Positions 6,425-13,532 of a DNA stretch of 32,000 bases are shown here, one piece after another. Position numbers and translations under genes: made by a program. Source of the DNA: Clostridia bacterium (GTDB taxonomy: Bacteria; Bacillota; Clostridia; Christensenellales; Aristaeellaceae); assembly GCA_045617125.1 (NCBI GenBank), contig JAZLIA010000114.1, positions 3,690 through 35,689 of the forward strand, written 5' to 3'. Numbering within the stretch: the stretch's first letter is position 1; each line of letters opens with the position of its first letter. Under the pieces are notes generated by a model. It had not been told where the DNA came from, made no database searches, and saw only the letters and a list, made by a program, of their open reading frames with translations.

Positions 6425-9060
6425 TCGGCGATCCCTCCTTCCGATTCAGTGTCGATTCCTTCCGCATCCGCGGGCAGAACAGAGTAGCTGCCTCTCACAT
6501 AGCTTCTGGCAGGGATCAGGGTCCCGTTGACCGTGAAGTCCTGGCTGCCATAGTTGACATACACGCAGCTGCCGTCCTCATAATAGGTTTCAGACACATC
6601 CTCGCTCACATGCCTGTGGCCGATGATAGACTGGCGGTTAAGGCCTGACATATCCTGCTGATACTGTGCAATCAGCGGGAGGATCTCATCCTTCCAGCGG
6701 TCATAGGCTGCGGAGGTGTAGCAGCTGTAAGCAGAATCCTGCAGGATCATGGTATCTTCCTTCATGAAGGTGAAGTTGAGACCGGACCCGAATTCCGCGC
6801 ACCTGAGCAGCGCGGTGTGCCAGTCACCGGCCAGGTTGATCGCCTCACCGGTATAATCCTTCAGGCCATGCAGCACGATCTGGTAGAAGGGAACCGATTC
6901 ATCCAGGATCGCATAGCTGTTTCCGGCCAGATCCATATCCGTCACGATATCCGCATAAGGAAGAGCATACATGTTGCCTGACTTGATAGAAATCTTCATC
7001 GTTGAGGCTGCGGTATCCAGAATGGCGGATTCCATCTTCTTCACTTCTTCACGGGTCACCGTATTGCGGCTGTAATAATCACCGCTGATAAGGCGTCCGA
7101 TATCACGGAAAGCAATACCGGCCGCATTGTGACCGTTCAGATCCCTAATCAGGTTTTCGGCACACTTTTCAGCAAATTCAGGACGCACCAGATAGAACGA
7201 ATCCATCCAATCGCTCTGACGGAAGGTGATGATATCGAACGGATAAAGCTTCACCTGCTCACGGGTGGTATAACGCGCGGCGTTGGAAGCGGGAATGAAG
7301 CCTTCCAGAATGCCGCTGTCATAAGCAAAGCAGGTGATCCCGTCAAAGTAAAGGTCAACTCCCTTTTCCTTAGCGGACTGGATCAGCTCATCCATCTTTT
7401 TATCGCCGCCCAGCTCTCTCACCGTGTTGACGCTGGTGAGCACCTTCTGTCGGACGCCGCCATTTGACCAGCCAGTCATACGTACGGACAGATCCTTTAC
7501 TCCGACTGCCTTCAATTCATCAATGATCTCATCGGCCTGGTCGAATGTGGTGACCGGAACAACAGAATCAATAGGCAGCCCTGCCTTCACCTGTGTCTTA
7601 TTGATGGCACCGACCAGTTCCACATTGACGGGCATATCCTCGGAAGCAGAAACATCCAGATCCTCACCGTATTTTTCCTGCAGATAGGAACGGAAGGAAT
7701 GAGCCATATCCACATAGCTGTCGCCTTCAATGAAACGGTAGCGCTGCACGATCGTTGCTTTGGGGATCTCCTTCTCATACATGTAGAAGGGTTCGGTTCC
7801 GCCGCCGGACACTTTGAACTTGTCATAGTGAATCACGTTATACTTGGCATAAACCTCGTTGTAACTGCTGATCTTTTCTGAAATATCCGCCATGATACTG
7901 GCAAATGCATCGCCTTCTTCGATCACGCAGATAAAGGAGCCGTCCCCCTGCCCCATACCGAACACCGGCAGGGCAGTGCGGTTTTCTGTTTTGGCTTCGT
8001 TCGTGATGCGGGCATAGTCCATGCCGTACACATTGGTCACGTACGTTGCCTGCTTGATCTTATGGTTGTTGTAGCGGATGATGGAGCCGCCGCCTTCGGG
8101 AACGAACATGTAGCCGTCAGTCTTCAGGTCAGCCGCGCCAAACATGGGAAGAACGGAAATCGCGCTCAGCGGTTCACTCGTCCCGCACCGGATGGAATCA
8201 TAGGGAACGGACACCACGAAGTCTCCATTCTCATCAAGCCGGTAGAGGACGGAAAGGTTGAAAATCGGCCCGTTTGAAGTAATTCCCGTCTCCACCTTAT
8301 TGGCGTTATCGATCTCAAGATCCTCCGCGGTGTATCCCGCATCGGCAAAATAGCCTTCCAGATCGCCCTTCTGTTTGATCGACATATCCGCCTTGGCCAC
8401 ATACAGCACATGATCCCGCACAGTGGGATACTGTTCCTCCAGCTGCTTCAGTTCATCTTCCTTCAGCTTGGCAGGATCCTTTTTGCTGTAAAGCTTGCTG
8501 ACAAGCTTGGAATTCTTCTTTCCCATCTTGTCGGAAAAATCCTTGAAACGTTCTTCCGTCAGCACGGTGGGGAAATTGTAGACACGCTCGATCTGACCGA
8601 TCGCGTAATCCACCCTGACAGAACCGTCTTCCTGGTTAATGATATTGAAATTGCGGTTCGCGATGGAATAGGTGTAGTTGTTCCATTCAATATCGGCACC
8701 AAAGCTGGAATAAACGATGCTCACCGTGGAAGCCAGGAATTCACGGTTCTTCTGGATCTTGGCATACTCGGTATCCTCTGCCCAGTTTGTCGGGTTGGAA
8801 TACCACACTTTGCCAGTTTTCTTGTCTGTCAGAGTAAAATGGGTCGTCTGCGGATCCATTTCGAACAGCAAACGCTCATTTTCCATGGTGACTGCTTTTG
8901 CATCCTCATCCGCAAAGAGCACCTCGGGGGCTTCACCGTAATTCACATTGTCGTTCACCGTATACACCTTGTAGAGCACAAAGGCGAACGCAGCCAGGAG
9001 CAGAAGCACCACGCCCAGCACGATCAGGCGGATGAGACGCTTTTTCTTTTTGTTATTCAT
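6421..9060 (-). CDS. N-terminally membrane-anchored 879-aa extracytoplasmic protein, DUF5696-like, function unknown
   Basis: ATG 9060 follows a G-rich RBS. MNNKKKKRLIRLIVLGVVLLLLAAFAFVLY is a signal-anchor. Residues ~477-770 show alternating strand/helix segments (VNVELVG, DEIIDELKAVG, LSVRMTGW, MDELIQSAKEKG, DLYFDGI, AENLIRDL, AGIAFRDIG, ...) suggestive of a (beta/alpha)8 barrel. The family name is recalled from similar gene neighbourhoods and was not searched. Confidence 0.6.
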   Translation of the reverse strand: MNNKKKKRLIRLIVLGVVLLLLAAFAFVLYKVYTVNDNVNYGEAPEVLFADEDAKAVTMENERLLFEMDPQTTHFTLTDKKTGKVWYSNPTNWAEDTEYAKIQKNREFLASTVSIVYSSFGADIEWNNYTYSIANRNFNIINQEDGSVRVDYAIGQIERVYNFPTVLTEERFKDFSDKMGKKNSKLVSKLYSKKDPAKLKEDELKQLEEQYPTVRDHVLYVAKADMSIKQKGDLEGYFADAGYTAEDLEIDNANKVETGITSNGPIFNLSVLYRLDENGDFVVSVPYDSIRCGTSEPLSAISVLPMFGAADLKTDGYMFVPEGGGSIIRYNNHKIKQATYVTNVYGMDYARITNEAKTENRTALPVFGMGQGDGSFICVIEEGDAFASIMADISEKISSYNEVYAKYNVIHYDKFKVSGGGTEPFYMYEKEIPKATIVQRYRFIEGDSYVDMAHSFRSYLQEKYGEDLDVSASEDMPVNVELVGAINKTQVKAGLPIDSVVPVTTFDQADEIIDELKAVGVKDLSVRMTGWSNGGVRQKVLTSVNTVRELGGDKKMDELIQSAKEKGVDLYFDGITCFAYDSGILEGFIPASNAARYTTREQVKLYPFDIITFRQSDWMDSFYLVRPEFAEKCAENLIRDLNGHNAAGIAFRDIGRLISGDYYSRNTVTREEVKKMESAILDTAASTMKISIKSGNMYALPYADIVTDMDLAGNSYAILDESVPFYQIVLHGLKDYTGEAINLAGDWHTALLRCAEFGSGLNFTFMKEDTMILQDSAYSCYTSAAYDRWKDEILPLIAQYQQDMSGLNRQSIIGHRHVSEDVSETYYEDGSCVYVNYGSQDFTVNGTLIPARSYVRGSYSVLPADAEGIDTESEGGIAE

Positions 9061-9073
9061 CCCTCATCCCCCC

Positions 9074-9775
9074 TTAATTCAATCTGAACACGATCTCGCG
9101 GTACATGCTCACAAAGTACCCGATCGCATCCGAAAGCAAGCTGAAGAACACAAGAATCAGGAAAATGATCACGCAGGCCCCGAATACTGTGAACAGCAGG
9201 AACGCGATGGTCTTCGCCGGGCCGTAATCGTGAATTTCCATCAAACCCACAAACACAAGGAACACGCACCATATCACACTGATCGCAAGCAGCACGGTGT
9301 AAAAACCGGATTCCTCAAAGGTGATCATATTGCTCACCAGGATCATCGGCAGCTGGATCAGCACATAGGGCACCAGGGCATAGCACATGCCGATATAAAT
9401 GTTCCGGAAAGTTCCCTTGCCGTCAAACAGCGTGGTCAGGGCCCAGTTTGCCAGGCACAGGATGAGGAACGGGAGCAGCAGAGACGCCATTTCCTCAAAC
9501 ACGTTGATGTGTTGGATGGGAGCGTTGATAAACTGGAAATTGGTGCACAGCAGCTTGAGCACACGGGTGATCAGAAACAGCACCAGGAACGTGGTTGCCA
9601 CTGCAAAGCTGCCCTTATCTTCATGGGCAAGATCCCAAAAGCCATCAAACGGATGAGTGATCACATGCAGGGCATATCGCATGTCACTCAGATATCCGCT
9701 GATCCGGGTGCCAAAGCTCACTTGGTTCATTTCCGCAGCCGCTTCAATTGTCTTTGCGGACTTTTTCATGCTCAT
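9074..9775 (-). CDS. YIP1-family polytopic membrane protein
   Basis: 233 aa. Cytoplasmic N-terminus with HVITHPFDGFWDL followed by five hydrophobic helices, which is the Yip1-domain layout. RBS gggaggtga upstream of ATG 9775. 32-nt overlap with the NHL gene end. Confidence 0.7.
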   Translation of the reverse strand: MSMKKSAKTIEAAAEMNQVSFGTRISGYLSDMRYALHVITHPFDGFWDLAHEDKGSFAVATTFLVLFLITRVLKLLCTNFQFINAPIQHINVFEEMASLLLPFLILCLANWALTTLFDGKGTFRNIYIGMCYALVPYVLIQLPMILVSNMITFEESGFYTVLLAISVIWCVFLVFVGLMEIHDYGPAKTIAFLLFTVFGACVIIFLILVFFSLLSDAIGYFVSMYREIVFRLN

Positions 9776-11297
9776 GCACCATCACCTCCCACTTCATTCT
9801 CCGCACCCTGCCGATAACGACAGGAATGATGAGCAGCACCGCAAGGATCAATGCGACCCACCAGATGTTCTTTTCGACCCAGTACTTGCGGTAAAGCTTG
9901 AACGCTCTTCCGTAACTTTCCTGATCGTGTGCCATCTTGAAATAATTCATGGCTTCTTCATACAAGCCGGGATTCTTATCGCTTCCCTGCTGCAGAAGGG
10001 CACGGCCGATACCGCGGAACGCCAGAGGATAATTTGCATTCAGCCGCATCACGTCCTGCCAGGTCTCTGCGCTTTCGTCATACTCGCCTTTCGTGTACAG
10101 GTTGATGGCCTCATAGATCATCTCACCGTACTCTGTGGGCGTAAACACGGTGATCGTGTTCTTCTGCTGGTCCAGCACCAGAAGATCCCTGCCGATGTGT
10201 TCCAGACTGATCGCGGTGATGAACGCACCGTCAATATTTCCCTGTGTACCGAAAGCCCACAACAGAACACCCTGGCTGTCATAGCCGAACAAACGTCCGC
10301 GGGTCTTGTCGAGTGCAACATAGATATCGTTTTCAAGCACGGTAATATCGGTCATTTTGCTGGGACCGTACTGCTTGGTATCTCCTTCCACCCAGAATAG
10401 ATCCCCGATCGGAGGATAACGGTCATTCTTCACCAGAATGTCATTGCCGATGCCGTTCAGACGGCGGATGGGCTTGGCATTGTCCCACTTCAGATCATAC
10501 TCGCTGAAGGTGGTGGTGGTCACGTAGATGAAACCGTCTTCATCCATATACAGGTTCTCATATTCGGTAGGAACCGTGCTTTCAGAAGCGGAACGCTGGG
10601 CGTCGCTTTCGATAAAACGCTTCCAAATGTACTCCATCATGTCAATAGAGACCTTGTTTGCGCCGATAAAGCCCACAAACTGGCCATCCGTCTCAAACTT
10701 CACAAGCCCCTTGTTCACGTTCTGAACATTGGCATATACACGGCCGCTCACATCCACCGTGATGCGTTTGGGAAGAAAATCGTTTTCCTGACTGAACACG
10801 GGGTCGGAAGGCTTCGTAAACTCCTTGATGAAGTTGAGATCCCTATCCACCATCACGATACGGAAATTCTGCTTGTCACAGATGTAGATGTTGTCTTCAG
10901 CATCCACATACACATCGGTAGGCTGATTCAGCCTGGTCACTTCACAACCGCTGATCTCGCTGAATTCCCGCACCATCACATACTTTCCGTCTTCCCGGCG
11001 CACCTGAATGATGCGGTTGTTTCCGGTATCGGCAATGTAAAGTTCTTCACCCTTCACAAAAATGCTTTCAGGCTTGTTCAGGTCGGTAATGCCCAGGGAC
11101 ATGCTGCTGATCGTGCAGCTGACGCGGTAAGAATCGGGAGATTCCATCACATCTTCCCAATAATCATAGGTGTAGGTATAGGATGTGCTAAAGCCGTCCT
11201 GATTCAGGTTGAAGCTGTCATCCGCCATGACGGAAAAAGCAGGCAGCATCAGTAAAAGGCACATTAGCACGCACAGGACCCGTCTTTGTATTCTCAT
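9744..11297 (-). CDS. Secreted NHL-repeat six-bladed beta-propeller protein with TPR-like segment and C-terminal transmembrane anchor
   Basis: I start it at ATG 11297 (MRIQRRVLCVLMCLLLMLPAFSVMADD signal peptide, RBS aggagga). The track extension to 11591 overlaps the permease gene and is R/H-rich junk. NHL blades include ELYIADTGNNRIIQV, NIYICDKQNFRIVMVD, DIYVALDKTRGRLFGYD and LLVLDQQKNTITVF. C-terminal TM helix NIWWVALILAVLLIIPVVIG. Confidence 0.8.
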   Translation of the reverse strand: MRIQRRVLCVLMCLLLMLPAFSVMADDSFNLNQDGFSTSYTYTYDYWEDVMESPDSYRVSCTISSMSLGITDLNKPESIFVKGEELYIADTGNNRIIQVRREDGKYVMVREFSEISGCEVTRLNQPTDVYVDAEDNIYICDKQNFRIVMVDRDLNFIKEFTKPSDPVFSQENDFLPKRITVDVSGRVYANVQNVNKGLVKFETDGQFVGFIGANKVSIDMMEYIWKRFIESDAQRSASESTVPTEYENLYMDEDGFIYVTTTTFSEYDLKWDNAKPIRRLNGIGNDILVKNDRYPPIGDLFWVEGDTKQYGPSKMTDITVLENDIYVALDKTRGRLFGYDSQGVLLWAFGTQGNIDGAFITAISLEHIGRDLLVLDQQKNTITVFTPTEYGEMIYEAINLYTKGEYDESAETWQDVMRLNANYPLAFRGIGRALLQQGSDKNPGLYEEAMNYFKMAHDQESYGRAFKLYRKYWVEKNIWWVALILAVLLIIPVVIGRVRRMKWEVMVHEHEKVRKDN

Positions 11298-11347
11298 CTG
11301 GTTTTCTCCTCCTGTTTTCATTCTCATGTTCCGGATCCGCGTTTTCG

Positions 11348-12562
11348 TCAGTCCTTGATACCGGACGAGGCCATCGTCTCGAGGATCTGACTCTGACTCA
11401 GAATGAAAATGAGGATGGGCACTGCCATGACCACCACAGTCACAGCCGCGGCCTGACCGGTACGTGCGATACCGCCGGCCTGAATCTGATTGAGCGCATA
11501 CACCAGGGTCTTCTTGGCTTCGGAATAGATCACGGTGCTGGCGCTGGTGTTCCACAGGCTCTGCACACTGAAAATGATCACAGTCAGCCACGCGGGTTTC
11601 ACATTGGGCATCACAATATGCCAGAAGATACGGAATTCACCGGCTCCATCAATGTGTGCAGCCTCGATCAGGGCTGTTGGCAGGCTCTCCATGAACTGCT
11701 TCATCATGAACAGACCGATCGGAGCGGCACACGCCGGCAGCAGCAGAGCCCAGTAAGTGTCGATCATGTTGAGACGGCTCATGATCAGGTAGTTGGGAAT
11801 ACCGGTCACATAACCGGAGAACATCAGGCATGTGGTCACCACGCCGAAGAACAGCTTTCCGCCGGGAAAATCATACTTTGCCAGCACGAACGCCGCCATG
11901 GAAGCAATGATCAGATGCCCGAAGGTTCCTAAGAAGGTGATCAGTACGGTGTTGGTAAGATACCGGCTGAAGGGCACCCAGCTCTGCCCCATCGTGACAA
12001 GAAGATCCGCAAAGTTATCCAGCGTGGGATGCTGTGCAAACACCGTAGGCGGGAAACGGAACAGCTCGTCCAGGGGCTTCAGGGAACTGCCGATCGCAAA
12101 CACCAGCGGGAATGCCATCGCGCAGGCCACCAGCGCCAGAAGCAGGTAGATGCCGATATCGCCGCCGACTGAACGGTTGGGATGGCGGCGGCGTATGCCG
12201 TGCTTTTTGGGTTTCTGGATCCTTTCGCCCCTCAGTTCCGCCAGACGGCGGTATTCATCGGCACGCGTGCGCACCTCGCCGGGACGATCCACCCACTTGC
12301 CGTCCAGATAGCGGAACATCTGAATGCCGCGATCCAAATAGAAGGTGTATTTCTTGTCCCCGCTCACAGTGACCGTCACGGTGGCTGTCGTACCGCCATT
12401 TCGCACCTGCGCCAATTTGGTGATCTGCACCAGCGGGAATTCCACCTTTCCTGCCGGCTTTTTGCATTCGAAGCGGACCTTTTCATCATCCGCGATCAGA
12501 ACACCTTTATATTTTTTACTGTCAAGCCCGGTCATGGAGCCGGTTGATCTGATCTCGCTCAT
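11348..12562 (-). CDS. Carbohydrate ABC transporter permease (MalG-like) with ~130-aa N-terminal cytoplasmic PH-like domain
   Basis: 404 aa. EAA motif LIEAAHIDGAGEFRIFWHIVMPNVKP and 6 TM segments in the C-terminal 270 aa. The N-terminal extension has beta-rich segments followed by one helix (ADEYRRLAELRGE) and a basic linker. Its start lies 1 nt after the upstream stop. Confidence 0.85.
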   Translation of the reverse strand: MSEIRSTGSMTGLDSKKYKGVLIADDEKVRFECKKPAGKVEFPLVQITKLAQVRNGGTTATVTVTVSGDKKYTFYLDRGIQMFRYLDGKWVDRPGEVRTRADEYRRLAELRGERIQKPKKHGIRRRHPNRSVGGDIGIYLLLALVACAMAFPLVFAIGSSLKPLDELFRFPPTVFAQHPTLDNFADLLVTMGQSWVPFSRYLTNTVLITFLGTFGHLIIASMAAFVLAKYDFPGGKLFFGVVTTCLMFSGYVTGIPNYLIMSRLNMIDTYWALLLPACAAPIGLFMMKQFMESLPTALIEAAHIDGAGEFRIFWHIVMPNVKPAWLTVIIFSVQSLWNTSASTVIYSEAKKTLVYALNQIQAGGIARTGQAAAVTVVVMAVPILIFILSQSQILETMASSGIKD

Positions 12563-12563
12563 A

Positions 12564-13511
12564 TCATGTACCCACCTTTGCCAGCAGATTTGTGATCGCT
12601 TTCTTGCACAGGATCATCACCAGGAACAGCAAGGTCGCGATAGCGGATGCATAGCCCATTTCAAACCGGCTGAAGCCGTAGTCAAACAGATGGGTGACCA
12701 CGGTACGGGCAGCATAATCGGTGGAAGGATAACCGCACAGGGCGCGCGGCACATCGCACACGTTGAAAGCGGATGTGATGCTCATCACCGCTCCAAAGAG
12801 CAGCATGGGCTTCATGGAAGGCAAGGTAATATGATACAGTTCCTGCCAGCGGTTGCGCACACCGTCCACATAGCCTGCTTCATACATGCTGCGGTCCACG
12901 CTCTGGAAGCCGGCTACGAAGGAAAGGAAGCCGGTACCCATGCTCATCCACAGAATAACAACGATCAACACAGGCATGATGTACTGCGGATTGAGCAGCC
13001 ACAGGATAGGAGCATCCACAATGCCCAATTCCATCAGGAAAGAGTTGAGATAGCCATATGCGTCACCGCGGAAAATGATTGAGAACACGGTAAAGGCATT
13101 GGCGGCAATGGAGGGAGCATAGAAGATGACTACCGCGATGGTCCTCAGCCACTTTGGAAGCTCATTGATGAACCAAGCAAACATGAAGCTGAGGATGTAT
13201 CCGATAGGACCGGTGATCACGGCGATCACAAAGGTATTTTTGACAGCGGTCAGGAACACCTCGTCCTGCAGGATCAGGTTCACATAGTTCTGAAAACCGA
13301 TGAACCGTGCCGGTTCAAGAATGTTGTAGTAGGTGAAGCTGTAAAAAATCGAGGTTGCGATGGGCAGGATGAAGAAGGTGAAGAACAGAATGGCATACGG
13401 AGCGAGGAAAAGGTAACACACTTTCAGATTTTTTGCCCGTTGCCAGCCATAGACAAACTTTTCCTTCTTCATGGCTGCATACTTGCCGATTAATGATTTT
13501 GACTGCATCAT
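12564..13511 (-). CDS. Sugar ABC transporter permease (MalF-like), first pair
   Basis: EAA motif MYEAGYVDGVRNRWQELYHITLPSMKP. I start it at the ATGATG at 13511 with RBS aaggagag. The track start at 13532 would abut the SBP stop and has no RBS. Confidence 0.88.
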   Translation of the reverse strand: MMQSKSLIGKYAAMKKEKFVYGWQRAKNLKVCYLFLAPYAILFFTFFILPIATSIFYSFTYYNILEPARFIGFQNYVNLILQDEVFLTAVKNTFVIAVITGPIGYILSFMFAWFINELPKWLRTIAVVIFYAPSIAANAFTVFSIIFRGDAYGYLNSFLMELGIVDAPILWLLNPQYIMPVLIVVILWMSMGTGFLSFVAGFQSVDRSMYEAGYVDGVRNRWQELYHITLPSMKPMLLFGAVMSITSAFNVCDVPRALCGYPSTDYAARTVVTHLFDYGFSRFEMGYASAIATLLFLVMILCKKAITNLLAKVGT

Positions 13512-13532
13512 TTTCTCTCCTTTCCCTCCCAA

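Noticed and set aside
11298-11591. N-terminal 98-codon extension of the NHL ORF in the track (start at 11591).
   Set aside because: The extension overlaps the 3' end of the permease gene and translates to R/H/G/S-rich sequence. The Met at 11297 has a strong aggagga RBS and is followed directly by a textbook signal peptide.
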